DNA from: Candidatus Latescibacterota bacterium
GTDB lineage: Bacteria > Latescibacterota > UBA2968 > GCA-2709665
Length of the DNA: 64,000 nt
Direction: 5' to 3'
Assembly (NCBI GenBank): GCA_021295655.1
Contig: JAGWBX010000047.1
Location: forward strand, 26,779-90,778
The notes below the pieces were generated by a model. That model was not told the DNA's origin. It was given only the letters and a program-made list of their open reading frames with translations, and did no database searches. The position numbers were made by a program, and so were the translations under genes. Shown piece by piece: positions 39,234 through 48,465 of this stretch. How positions within the stretch are numbered: the stretch's first letter is position 1; each line of letters begins with the position of its first letter.

Positions 39234-40682
39234 ATGTCGGAAGAGCGGCCAAACGTGGTGTTGATCATGACCGATCAGCAGCGAGGGGATTGCGTGGGCA
39301 TGGATCCCGGCGCGCCGGAGGTCCTGCAGACGCCCAACCTTGACTGGCTGGGCAACTCGGGCGCGTTTTTCGGGCGCGGTTACTCTGAGTGTCCCAGCTG
39401 TATCCCCGCAAGGCGTTCCCTGATGACCGGCACGGCGCCGGCGTCGAATGGTGTGGTGGGTTTTCAGGGAACGGAATGGCATCCGCAGCATACCCTTGCC
39501 GGAGAACTGTCCAGGGCGGGATATCAGACGGAAATGATTGGGAAGCTGCACCTGTCGCCCTCGCGCAAGCGATACGGATTCGACCATATGCAGCTTGCGG
39601 ACGGTACGCGGGGACGGGAGAACGACTATGTGGACTGGCTGTGCGAACGACACGGACGCATGGAGATGGATCCTGGGATGGCTCACGGCATCTCGTCCAA
39701 CGGATGGGTGGGGCGGCCGCACCATTTGCCCGAAGAGCAAATGCATACGTTCTGGTGCGTGGACCGGGCGATGGCGTTTCTTCAGAAGCGGGATCCGTCG
39801 GCGCCCTTCTTTCTCAATCTCTCCTTCATCGATCCGCATCCGCCGTTGACGCCGCCAGGGGTGTACTATGACCGCTATATAAATCGCACATTGCCGGAAC
39901 CGGTCATCGGAGATTGGGCTGCACAGTTCGATGCGTCGCCGAAGGGGCAGAATCCGGATGCATCGGAGATCTGTCTGGGTCCGCACGATATGCAGTGCGC
40001 GCGTGCGGCGTACTACGGAATGGTGAATTTCATCGACGACCAGATCGGGCGGTTAATCCAATTTGCGCGGGGCATCCTGAACGAGAGTCTGATCATCTTC
40101 ACGTCGGACCACGGAGAGATGCTCGGGGATCACCACCTGTTCCGGAAAACGTGGCCCTACGAGGCGTCGGCACGGGTGCCGTATCTGATTCGGGCGCCGC
40201 AAAGCTGGGGAACGCCGGAGTCGGTGACGTGCCGGACGCCGGTGGGGCTGCAGGATATCATGCCCACAATACTGGATGCGTGCGGCCTCGACGTGCCGGA
40301 AACGTGCACGGGCAAGAGCCTGATGCCCGTGGTGCGCGGCGAAACGGACGGCGTACGCGACGTGTTGCACGGCGAACATTCGGGGTGCTACGCTTACGAG
40401 CATGGAAATCACTATGTGACGGACGGACGTCACAAATACATCTGGTTCACCCAGACGGGCAGGGAACACCTGTTCGACCTGGATGAAGATCCGCTGGAAT
40501 TGAACGATCTGGCGATGGGCGACGGCGCGGAGGACCGGTTGGATCCGTGGCGAAAGCGGTTGGTGGGGTTCCTCAGGGACAGACCGGAGGGGTTCACCGA
40601 CGGAGAGACGTTGATTGCCGGCCGTGAACATGGGTCTGTGATGCCGGGGTACGAGCCGGCAGAGATGTTTCCTTTCCTGTAA
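39234..40682 (+). CDS. Sulfatase (formylglycine-dependent)
   Basis: NVVLIMTDQQRGD and the C-x-P-x-R signature CIPARRSLMTG, plus SDHGEMLGDH. Confidence 0.9.
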   Translation: MSEERPNVVLIMTDQQRGDCVGMDPGAPEVLQTPNLDWLGNSGAFFGRGYSECPSCIPARRSLMTGTAPASNGVVGFQGTEWHPQHTLAGELSRAGYQTEMIGKLHLSPSRKRYGFDHMQLADGTRGRENDYVDWLCERHGRMEMDPGMAHGISSNGWVGRPHHLPEEQMHTFWCVDRAMAFLQKRDPSAPFFLNLSFIDPHPPLTPPGVYYDRYINRTLPEPVIGDWAAQFDASPKGQNPDASEICLGPHDMQCARAAYYGMVNFIDDQIGRLIQFARGILNESLIIFTSDHGEMLGDHHLFRKTWPYEASARVPYLIRAPQSWGTPESVTCRTPVGLQDIMPTILDACGLDVPETCTGKSLMPVVRGETDGVRDVLHGEHSGCYAYEHGNHYVTDGRHKYIWFTQTGREHLFDLDEDPLELNDLAMGDGAEDRLDPWRKRLVGFLRDRPEGFTDGETLIAGREHGSVMPGYEPAEMFPFL

Positions 40683-40845
40683 CCTCTTTCCCAGCCATTA
40701 CGGGCGTGGAGGGATTTGTTTGTTGACGTCGCCGGTGCCTGCTATATTTCGATGGATGTCTGTACCTTTTCATCGCGCGTTGCCGGATGTGTGCATTTCG
40801 TGTGGTTCCGTCGGTTAAACGTACCAGAGGAAGGAGATACATCCA

Positions 40846-41277
40846 ATGGAGTCTTTCAAGCGTATCGTTGGTGTCTATCTGATCCTCGTGGCTGCCGTGG
40901 TTGCCATCCACACGGTCGTCGAACCGCTGTATTATACGTCCACCGAAGCCAGTCCGTACAGCCCGCACTGGAGCAAGATTAACGCGCTTATGGTGCTGGC
41001 GATCGTATTGGGTCTGGTTTTCGGCTGCATGCGCAAGCGGAGCATTGGCGGCGACGATGGAAGCGCGGTTACCCGGGAGTACCTGGAAGCACATGTCCTG
41101 TTCTACGGCCTTCTGTTTGTGGGCATCCTGTTTTTCTGGAATTTCTTCAACCTGCACAGTCCCGGCTTTACGGCAATTGCGCCGGAGACCGTATCGGCAG
41201 TGTGGATTGTGATCGATGCCGCCCTGCCGTTAATCCTGGGTGCAATGGGCGCCTCTCTGCTCAGATCCCGGGGGTAA
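40846..41277 (+). CDS. Hypothetical membrane protein (4 TM)
   Basis: 143-aa hydrophobic ORF with an ATG after GGAAGGAG. Family not recognised. Confidence 0.5.
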   Translation: MESFKRIVGVYLILVAAVVAIHTVVEPLYYTSTEASPYSPHWSKINALMVLAIVLGLVFGCMRKRSIGGDDGSAVTREYLEAHVLFYGLLFVGILFFWNFFNLHSPGFTAIAPETVSAVWIVIDAALPLILGAMGASLLRSRG

Positions 41278-41415
41278 ATCCGGGTCAGTCCAGGCGCATG
41301 CCCGGTGAATCGGCGAGGTGTATGACAAAGCCGTCAGTTGAACTGAAGCCCGGTCTGACGGCTTTGCCATTACATGTGCTGCGATTGCCGGATCGCGTCA
41401 TTCAATGTCGCCGGT

Positions 41416-41811
41416 TCAACGCTTTCTGTCACGCGCGATCAGCAAATCCGCAGGGATGCCCAGGTACTCCGTGAGGGATGCGATCTGACGAATGGACAGG
41501 CTTCGCCTGCCGCTGAAGAATTCGGAGACGCGGCTTCTGCCACCGAGCCACTCGGCTAGATCGGATCGCGAGAGCCCTTTCTGTTCCAGCATAAACGCCA
41601 CGATCTCCCGGGGATCCATGGTATCATCCAGGGGAAACCTGACGTCCTCGTACGCCTGTACCAGAACGGATAGAAACTCCAGCCGTTCGAAAGCTTCCGA
41701 ACCCGGTTCAGGGTCGGCGTCCAGCAGACTGTCGATTTCGCTCACGGCCGCGTCGTATTCCGCTTCGTTTCGTAAGACGTGAGGTCTCGTGAAGTCCAGC
41801 AATCTGGTCAT
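41416..41811 (-). CDS. higA: HigA-family antitoxin (HTH)
   Basis: The N-terminal part is LRNEAEYDAAVSEIDSLLD. The C-terminal HTH is LSRSDLAEWLGGRSRVSEFFSGRRSLSIRQIASL. It lies 22 nt downstream of higB. The ATG at 41811 is preferred. Confidence 0.75.
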   Translation of the reverse strand: MTRLLDFTRPHVLRNEAEYDAAVSEIDSLLDADPEPGSEAFERLEFLSVLVQAYEDVRFPLDDTMDPREIVAFMLEQKGLSRSDLAEWLGGRSRVSEFFSGRRSLSIRQIASLTEYLGIPADLLIARDRKR

Positions 41812-41833
41812 ATAAAATGCCTTTGCAGATTGT

Positions 41834-42130
41834 TCATAAGTCGCCGCTTCGAGTACGTCTGTTGTATTCTTTGTGGGTAAGCACGTGTCGGATGTAAATC
41901 CTTCCAAGGTCGTACCTTATATCGACAATCAGCCTGTGTTTGTTGCCTCCAATGTTGAAAATCGTCCGCCATCTTCCGAGGAAACTCGCAGAGGGAAAAT
42001 CACGTCGAACTTCGTAGGGGCTGAAATAGCTTCTTGATCTTACGATGGCCAGCCAGGCTCTAAGGGGCGGCTGGGAATCCGAATGCTTTCGCCAGAATTC
42101 CAGTAGTCTCTTACGGGTTATTACGTGCAT
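41834..42130 (-). CDS. higB: HigB-family toxin (mRNA interferase)
   Basis: MHVITRKRLLEFWRKHSDSQPPLRAWLAIV...NIGGNKHRLIVDIRYDLGRIYIRHVLTHKEY is the classic HigB_toxin pattern. Confidence 0.85.
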   Translation of the reverse strand: MHVITRKRLLEFWRKHSDSQPPLRAWLAIVRSRSYFSPYEVRRDFPSASFLGRWRTIFNIGGNKHRLIVDIRYDLGRIYIRHVLTHKEYNRRTRSGDL

Positions 42131-42213
42131 AGGGAATTACCTGAATTTGCAAGGCTTGCGTTCCCAATATGGTAACTTTATGATGAAATGTCAAGGGATC
42201 ATTCCTGATTTTT

Positions 42214-43098
42214 TCACTTCGATCGCTTGCCGGTCCGCTGGATCAGCAGGCCGACGACAATGAGGACAAGGCCGATCGGGGTGGAGGGTAGAATTTCTTC
42301 ACCAACCAGGAAGTGGATGAAGAACAGGGAGACGAATGGAGAGATGAAGATCAGGTTGGCGACTCTGGCCGTTGTTTCCGAGAGCCGTAAAGCGATAAGC
42401 CAGAAGACGAAGGCGATGCCCATCTCGACCACGCCCACGTACGCGGCGCCCATCAGGCCGTAGAGACTGGAAACGCGGAAATCCGAGAAGAGCAGGCAGA
42501 GGATGAAGATAGACGGCATCGCGAACGTGAAGTTCAGGAAAAGGCCCACAACCGCGTCCCGGTTGTGCCGCGCGTTGTAGATCCAGTACAGTGCCCATAC
42601 AATCGTGCTGGCGAGGGCGAGCGTTACGCCGAGAGGGTCCGATAGGCGGAAGTCCAGCACGTTGCCTCTGGTGGAGATCACCAGCACGCCGGCATAACAC
42701 ACGAACCCGGCAAGGATCTCCTGCAGTCTGATGCGCTGTTTCAATAAAGGAATGGACAGGAGCGAGAGCGTTATCGCCCAGGTGTAGTTCAGGGGCTGGG
42801 CTTCCTGAGCGGGAAGAAGATCGTAAGCCTTGAACAGGATCACATAATAGAGGCACGGGTTGAGGAGGCCGAGCAGGAGGGATTTCAGATATTGTTGTTT
42901 CGAGTACGACAGAGCGAGACGCAGTTTGCCCTGGATGATGACAGTGAGCGCCAGGGTAGACGTTGACGCCAGGCTCGCGTAGAGAAGAAGCTGCAGGGGG
43001 TCCAGGTATCGGAGGGTGATCTTGAAGGCGGAGGCGACGGTGGACCAGAGAAGAACCGTGGCAAAGGCGTAGAGGTAGGCTTTATTCTGGTCGCGCAT
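42214..43098 (-). CDS. EamA/DMT-family transporter
   Basis: 294-aa, 10-TM ORF with duplicated EamA-like halves. Confidence 0.8.
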   Translation of the reverse strand: MRDQNKAYLYAFATVLLWSTVASAFKITLRYLDPLQLLLYASLASTSTLALTVIIQGKLRLALSYSKQQYLKSLLLGLLNPCLYYVILFKAYDLLPAQEAQPLNYTWAITLSLLSIPLLKQRIRLQEILAGFVCYAGVLVISTRGNVLDFRLSDPLGVTLALASTIVWALYWIYNARHNRDAVVGLFLNFTFAMPSIFILCLLFSDFRVSSLYGLMGAAYVGVVEMGIAFVFWLIALRLSETTARVANLIFISPFVSLFFIHFLVGEEILPSTPIGLVLIVVGLLIQRTGKRSK

Positions 43099-43264
43099 CG
43101 AAGGGAAGGAAAAATAGCGTTTCCATAGTGCAGTGAAGGGATTGGAGGTATTCTAATCACCCCCGGACCATTCGGGCGATCGCAGGGGCGTCCCTTGTGG
43201 TTGCCCGGATAATGGCGCCGGCAACCGTGAATTGATATTGTCAGGCCCAGCCGCTAACCTGGTT

Positions 43265-43368
43265 TAGCTGACGGCTTACGCCTGATAGCTGATAGCTCTG
43301 TCCGAGGGGGGCCGGGGGGAGAGGTCCCGCTTTTGGCTGACAGCTGACGACTGATAGCCGATCGCTGG
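43265..43368. repeat. Two TCAGCNN heptamer arrays separated by a GGGGAGAGGTCCC motif
   Basis: On the + strand: AGCTGAC GGCTTAC GCCTGAT AGCTGAT AGCTCTG (43265-43300) and GGCTGAC AGCTGAC GACTGAT AGCCGAT CGCTGG (43335-43368) plus a T-run. They sit immediately 3' of the - strand gene ending at 43374. Confidence 0.7.
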
Positions 43369-43373
43369 TTTTT

Positions 43374-44309
43374 TTATTCCTTTTCGACTTTGTCCAGTTT
43401 ACGTTCGTAGGAAAGGTCGATTTCAGCACGGATGTTGTCCACGGGTTTCCTGTGGTCTACGCGCCTTACTTCCGGACGTGTAAGGTTCGACCGCACTTTG
43501 TGGGAGATGACAATGCCGCGGGTGGCGTCGATAACCCAGGTGCCTTTTCCTTCTCCGGTCCCGTCGACGACCAGCTGAAGCGAGCCAATATTGACGGGCG
43601 CTCTGAAACGGACTTTTCTGTCTTCCTCGAATGTGACGATTTTATTTCCCTTCTTGGTGGCGATATTCTTCACCTTGTATGTGCTCTTGAGCTCCACAAT
43701 GGCTTCGTCATCGATCATCATAACCGGCGTTTTGAAATTCACTTCGCCGGACCAGGTGTCGCCGGGGCCAACCGGGTTTTCAGGAAGGACCGGTTTGAGT
43801 TCGGGTGTCCAGATCTGCCAAAGGTCCGTCAGGACGTCGGGTCGGTTGAGGTCTCGCGCGGAATTGTTGCTTGTTTGACGCTGAACCGCGCCGTCTGACG
43901 AGAGAAACCATGTGAATTCCCAGTCGTCCAACTGCTCCAGCGTATAGGGAAACTGGTCGTGCGTAAGGCGTTTGTTCTCGAAGAAAAATCCGTTGACGGC
44001 CTTGTTCAGGGTTGCGACGAGGCGCGTGGCCTGTGCGTTGGATTCGCCGTCCGTGCCGGCGTGGATGACTTCCCGGCTTCGCCATTCGCCTCTGATCTCG
44101 CCCGAGGTAAATCCCCGTTGCGTGCGTCCGGGCACGATCACTTCCGCGCGGTCGCTCTTGAAGGCGAATGAATATTTATGCTTATATTTGATGGTGCGTC
44201 CGTCCGGATAGGTGACCTGAAGGGATACTTTCTCCCTGGCATGGATGGAAGCGCCTATCGACAGAAGAACGGCGAGACACAGGAACGAGAACGTGCGTGC
44301 AGACTTCAT
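43374..44309 (-). CDS. Hypothetical secreted protein
   Basis: The ATG at 44309 follows GGGAGG. Signal peptide MKSARTFSFLCLAVLLSIGASIHA. The ORF opens further upstream at 44483, but that part overlaps the next gene's 3' end. Confidence 0.6.
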   Translation of the reverse strand: MKSARTFSFLCLAVLLSIGASIHAREKVSLQVTYPDGRTIKYKHKYSFAFKSDRAEVIVPGRTQRGFTSGEIRGEWRSREVIHAGTDGESNAQATRLVATLNKAVNGFFFENKRLTHDQFPYTLEQLDDWEFTWFLSSDGAVQRQTSNNSARDLNRPDVLTDLWQIWTPELKPVLPENPVGPGDTWSGEVNFKTPVMMIDDEAIVELKSTYKVKNIATKKGNKIVTFEEDRKVRFRAPVNIGSLQLVVDGTGEGKGTWVIDATRGIVISHKVRSNLTRPEVRRVDHRKPVDNIRAEIDLSYERKLDKVEKE

Positions 44310-44338
44310 GCTGAGTCCTCCCTGGTGAATGATCGGTT

Positions 44339-45646
44339 TCACTTGAAAAGTAACCCGAGATAGAAAAGCGGGCTGAACAGTTTCTTCTTGGGAACGGCGT
44401 TGGCAATCATTCCGGTGATGAGATCGCTGATCTGCTGATTCTGTGCGGCCTTTTGAATCACGAGATTGAGCAGGGGCCGCCACCGGCCCAGGTCCTGAAG
44501 GCGCTTGCTGGTTCTGAGTTCGTCGCCGATTGCATCCCAGAGGCGGTCTTCGTAACGTTTCAAAAAGCCTTCGCTGTAGTCATTCGCCGATCTGGCCTCG
44601 GCGGCGGTTTCCGCCGCGAAACGTGCGGCGTAGAGGGCATTGCCAATGCCCTCTCCCGTGAAGGGGTCGATCAGCCCGGCGGCGTCACCCAGAAGCATGA
44701 ATCCGTTGCCATAGCTTTTTCTTCGGATGCTGCCGATGGGCAGATTCCATCCAATGGGTTCTTCCATCGCGCGCGCATTGGCGAACCGCCGGTCGAATGG
44801 CGGGCGGCTGATCACCGTATGAAGCGCGTCTTTCAAGTTGACTTTGCGGCGCTTCAGGCTGCTGTGCAGCATGCCGATGCCGACGTTCGCATAGCCGTTC
44901 TCAAGGGGGAAGGCCCAGAAATATCCGGGCAGAACTTCGTTGACGAAGTGCAGTTCGATCTGGTCCTTCAGGCCCGCCACGTTCTCGTAATAGCAACGCA
45001 GAGCCACAACCCAGTGCCGGCCGTCGTGGCGATATTGCCCGGTTCGGCGTGCGACGATGGAGTTGAAGCCGTCGCAGCCCAGGACCAGGTTGGCGCGGTA
45101 GGTCTGCTGTTGTCCGTTGGCGCTGCCCGTTACACCAGTGACGATTCCGTTTTTCCGGACCAGGTCTTTAACCGCAAATCCCTCGATACATGCGTCGACG
45201 CTGTTTCGGGCCTCACGGAAGAGGAAGGCGTCAAGAACCGCCCGGCGGATGACGAATCCCTCCATCGGGATATTCCGACCGGTACCGATGTCGTGAAGGG
45301 TATGCCGCTCCAGATCGATCCAGGCATCCACGTGATCCGGGCTGCTGAAGACGATTTTGTTGATGAGGGCGCCGGGAAGATCCCGAATCTTGTCGAGCAG
45401 GCCGAGTTCAAGCAGTATGGCAACGGCTTTTCCCGACAGGGCGTCGCCACAGATTTTGTCTCTGGGGAATGTGGACTTGTCCAGGAGAAGGGTCTTGAGA
45501 CCGTGTCGCGACGCGTACAGAGCGGCGGCGGCGCCTGCCGGCCCCGCGCCGACGATTATCACGTCATAGGTGGTTCGTTGAGGGTCCGGCATAAAGTCTC
45601 TGAAGCGCAACGGCGGTAGATTCATCAATGCGGTACGTTTTAACAT
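44339..45646 (-). CDS. Geranylgeranyl reductase-family FAD-dependent oxidoreductase
   Basis: YDVIIVGAGPAGAAAALYASRHGLKTLLLDK dinucleotide fold, FPRDKICGDAL, and GDAAGLIDPFTGEGI. Start uncertain (ATGs at 45646, 45625 and 45592). Confidence 0.85.
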   Translation of the reverse strand: MLKRTALMNLPPLRFRDFMPDPQRTTYDVIIVGAGPAGAAAALYASRHGLKTLLLDKSTFPRDKICGDALSGKAVAILLELGLLDKIRDLPGALINKIVFSSPDHVDAWIDLERHTLHDIGTGRNIPMEGFVIRRAVLDAFLFREARNSVDACIEGFAVKDLVRKNGIVTGVTGSANGQQQTYRANLVLGCDGFNSIVARRTGQYRHDGRHWVVALRCYYENVAGLKDQIELHFVNEVLPGYFWAFPLENGYANVGIGMLHSSLKRRKVNLKDALHTVISRPPFDRRFANARAMEEPIGWNLPIGSIRRKSYGNGFMLLGDAAGLIDPFTGEGIGNALYAARFAAETAAEARSANDYSEGFLKRYEDRLWDAIGDELRTSKRLQDLGRWRPLLNLVIQKAAQNQQISDLITGMIANAVPKKKLFSPLFYLGLLFK

Positions 45647-45710
45647 ATCCTTATCGGGTGCACACGTCAAGCGAGAAAACCGCACAGCACACAGCAGGAA
45701 GGGCCGGGAA

Positions 45711-47885
45711 TTGAGCCGGAGACAAGCCCGAAAATTAAATCGGCAACGCCACGCCGGCGTCCGGAAACCCGAGACCGTCGCAGCCGCGTTCCTGGGTCTC
45801 CACGTCCTTCTCGCCTTCTGGCGCCCCAATCCTTTCTGGGGCGCGGACCTTCTTTATTATTATCCGGATTCTCTGCGGATTGTATTCATCCTGCTTGCGA
45901 TACTCGTTCTTGTTCCCCGCGTGCGGGCCCGGGTTCACCCCCTTTTTGCCGGCCTTTCCGCTGCACTCCGGGGCAACGGCGTGCGCCCCTGGATTGTTCG
46001 TATTCTGCTTATTCTCGTTGCTCTTGCCGGATTCATTGCGCTGCAGTCGGCGCGACACCTCCTGGGCGACGGGTACCTCTATTTGCGGGAACTGGACGCC
46101 GGCATCACACAGCGCGTCGACCGGGCGCCGCTTACCTTCGCTCTGATTCGATTCGTGCATGAAGCAGGCGCGTCGCTCTGGCAAACCGCAGAAAACACGT
46201 ACCGCGTCTACAGCTACGCCTCCGGACTTCTCTTTCTGCTGCTGGCCCTGGCCACGGCCGGCGCCCTTGGAAGGACCGACCGTGAAAAAACCGTGGTGTT
46301 CGCCTTCCTGGTCACCGCCGGATACGTGCAACTCTTTTTCGGATACGTGGAGAACTATGCCTTCTATATGCCGGCCACTCTGCTCTACCTGCTGGCGGGT
46401 CTTCGGAGTCTGGAAAACCGGGCGCCCCTCTACGTGCCCGCGCTGGTGCTGGGACTGCTCGTTCCGTTTCATTTTCTGTTTGTTCTCTTTGCGCCATCCC
46501 TGATCATCCTTGGCTACTACCGGTATCGGCGCCAGGAGACGTCGATGCCTAAATGGAAGAATGTCGCGGACAAACTGGCCGCGTTTTGCACCGCGCCGCT
46601 GGCCGCCGTGCTCGTCTTCTGGATCGCCGGTTTCGACTTCGGCGCCTTTCTGGAACGGACAGGCGGAAAACACCACATTCTCCCGCTGTTTTCCGAACCG
46701 GGCTTTCATGTGCCCTACCGCATCGTCTCCCTCTCCCATCTGCTCGATTTTGTGAATCTGCAGGTCCTCTCGGCCCCCGCAGCGGTGATGGCGGTGTTTC
46801 TCTTTGGCGGAAAAGACTATCGTCACCATCCGTTTCTGCTTTCTGCCGCCGCAGTCCCGCTCTTCTTCACGTTTCTTGCAAACCCTGAAATCGGCGCCTT
46901 CAGAGACTGGGACATCCTGGCGCTTCCGGCCCTGCCGCTCACACTCTGGGCCGCCTCGGCGCTGCTGGAACGGCGTCGTCAGGATGAACGGGACCACCGG
47001 AGCGTCTCTGTCATTTGCGCGGCTGCCGCCCTGCACACCATGCTGTGGATTGGCCTGAACGCCAACCCCGCTGCCGCGGAAGCGCGTTATGTGCACCTCA
47101 TGGGCAGGCTGAACGGGCATGCCGCATCCTACGGATGGGAAACACTTGGAACGTATTACCGGCTGCGTGGGAAAACAGTCCCCGCGCTGAACGCCTATAA
47201 ACGGGCGCTCGATGCGAATCCGCAAAATCCCCGCCACTGGTTGTCTGTCGGCATCATCTATTGCGACCTTGGCCGGCCGGAGCGCGGGATCGACCACCTC
47301 AGGAGAGCAACGGAGATCCAGCCCGACCTCGCTGAGGCGCATATCAATCTGGGTGCTGCGTACCTGGGGACGGGTCGGCACGGTGTTGCGATAGACCACC
47401 TCAGGAAAGCCACTGAACTTCAGCCGGAAACAGCGCTCACGTATGTCAACCTCGGCGCCGCCTACAACGAGACGGACAGGCACAGCGAAGCGCTGGACGT
47501 TCTCAATAAAGCCCTTGAAATACAACCGGAGCACCCGGGCGCGCACGTCAATCTCGGCGCCTCCTACCATGGCCTGGGCCGGTACGAGGAGGCCGTTGAG
47601 CACCTGAAGACCGCGCTTGAGCTGCAACCCGCCCTGGCCAATGCGCAGACGTACCTGAACATTGGCGGGACCTACCACAGTATGGGCCGGTTTGAAGAGG
47701 CGATTCCGTACCTTCAGAAAGCCATACAGATCAATCCCCGGTTCACAAATGCCTATTTCAACCTGGGCCTGGCCTACGGCGCGCTGAATCGCATGGAGGA
47801 AGCACGAGCCAACCTTCGAAAGGTGCTGGAACTGAATCCCGACGATCCCCAGGCGCCCGTTATCAGGCAATTGCTAAGAGAGTAA
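45711..47885 (+). CDS. Polytopic membrane protein with C-terminal TPR repeats
   Basis: About 430 aa of TM helices are followed by at least seven 34-aa TPR units (…A.INLGAAY...G.....AI..L.KA.E.QP…). TTG start, uncertain. Confidence 0.75.
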   Translation: MSRRQARKLNRQRHAGVRKPETVAAAFLGLHVLLAFWRPNPFWGADLLYYYPDSLRIVFILLAILVLVPRVRARVHPLFAGLSAALRGNGVRPWIVRILLILVALAGFIALQSARHLLGDGYLYLRELDAGITQRVDRAPLTFALIRFVHEAGASLWQTAENTYRVYSYASGLLFLLLALATAGALGRTDREKTVVFAFLVTAGYVQLFFGYVENYAFYMPATLLYLLAGLRSLENRAPLYVPALVLGLLVPFHFLFVLFAPSLIILGYYRYRRQETSMPKWKNVADKLAAFCTAPLAAVLVFWIAGFDFGAFLERTGGKHHILPLFSEPGFHVPYRIVSLSHLLDFVNLQVLSAPAAVMAVFLFGGKDYRHHPFLLSAAAVPLFFTFLANPEIGAFRDWDILALPALPLTLWAASALLERRRQDERDHRSVSVICAAAALHTMLWIGLNANPAAAEARYVHLMGRLNGHAASYGWETLGTYYRLRGKTVPALNAYKRALDANPQNPRHWLSVGIIYCDLGRPERGIDHLRRATEIQPDLAEAHINLGAAYLGTGRHGVAIDHLRKATELQPETALTYVNLGAAYNETDRHSEALDVLNKALEIQPEHPGAHVNLGASYHGLGRYEEAVEHLKTALELQPALANAQTYLNIGGTYHSMGRFEEAIPYLQKAIQINPRFTNAYFNLGLAYGALNRMEEARANLRKVLELNPDDPQAPVIRQLLRE

Positions 47886-47918
47886 GCTGTCAGCCTTCAG
47901 CAATCAGCGGTCAGCTAA
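47886..47918. repeat. TCAGCNN heptamer array directly after the TPR-protein stop
   Basis: GCTGTCA GCCTTCA GCAATCA GCGGTCA GCT on the + strand, beginning 1 nt after the TAA. Confidence 0.65.
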
Positions 47919-48007
47919 AGACACAATCCGAAAACCGACCTGCGAGGCACGTAAAAGGTGAATTATAAGGCAAGTTGGATGATTGGATTTGCTATTGACT
48001 TGTCTGT

Positions 48008-48232
48008 ATATTTCGATAAACCATTTATTTTTATATTATTTACGCCATTTTTCTTGTCCGCCGAAGAAAAAGGGCCAAAACTAACGGCGCCGCTGGGCGC
48101 GGGGCCGGTTTTTCCGTGAACTACCTCAGTGGCGCAAAAGGGAATCGGTTGTCCTGTCACCGGAACAGGCCATCCCTGGCAACGTTGCCGGACGGAATGG
48201 CACGGAAAAACCCCCCTCTCTACCACCGTACG
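48008..48232 (+). repeat. ~225-nt structured-looking intergenic element, copy B
   Basis: Same order and spacing of conserved blocks as copy A, with the long-range helix at 48107-48118 / 48201-48212. Confidence 0.7.
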
Positions 48233-48426
48233 CTTGACCGTACTGCGCGACGTTTAATGCATTTGCAATATTGACGATGAAGGAAGGGGGAACCGGGATC
48301 CTATTTCGTGACCCGTTTTTCCCTTTCCTTCAGGAAAGGGTGCCTGCCGCCAGGCAGGCGGGATAGGTTCTGCGAGGGAGCCGGGTGGAGGGGTTGCTCT
48401 TGACGTTGCCTTTCGCCGTTGCTCTT

Positions 48427-48459
48427 AGCTGACGGCTGAGGGCTGATAGCTGCTTTTTT
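48427..48459. repeat. Heptamer array (AGCTGAC GGCTGAG GGCTGAT AGCTGC) plus T-run
   Basis: Opposite orientation to the array at 47886. Sits just upstream of the lpxH-like gene. Confidence 0.65.
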
Positions 48460-48465
48460 CCAAGG

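Noticed and set aside
38370-39986. 538-aa ORF on the minus strand
   Set aside because: It spans the junction of two well-supported plus-strand genes (the Gfo/Idh/MocA oxidoreductase and the sulfatase). Its composition is Arg/His/Pro-rich with no motifs, so it is a shadow ORF.
43265-43368. Heptamer arrays as a possible CRISPR array
   Set aside because: The units are 7 nt and directly abutting, with no spacers. There are only 4-5 units per locus and no cas genes, so they are not CRISPR.
45735-47870. 711-aa ORF on the minus strand
   Set aside because: It lies exactly antisense to the membrane/TPR protein gene, whose TPR periodicity and TM helices are convincing. The antisense translation is Arg/Gly/Pro-rich low-complexity sequence typical of shadow ORFs in high-GC DNA.
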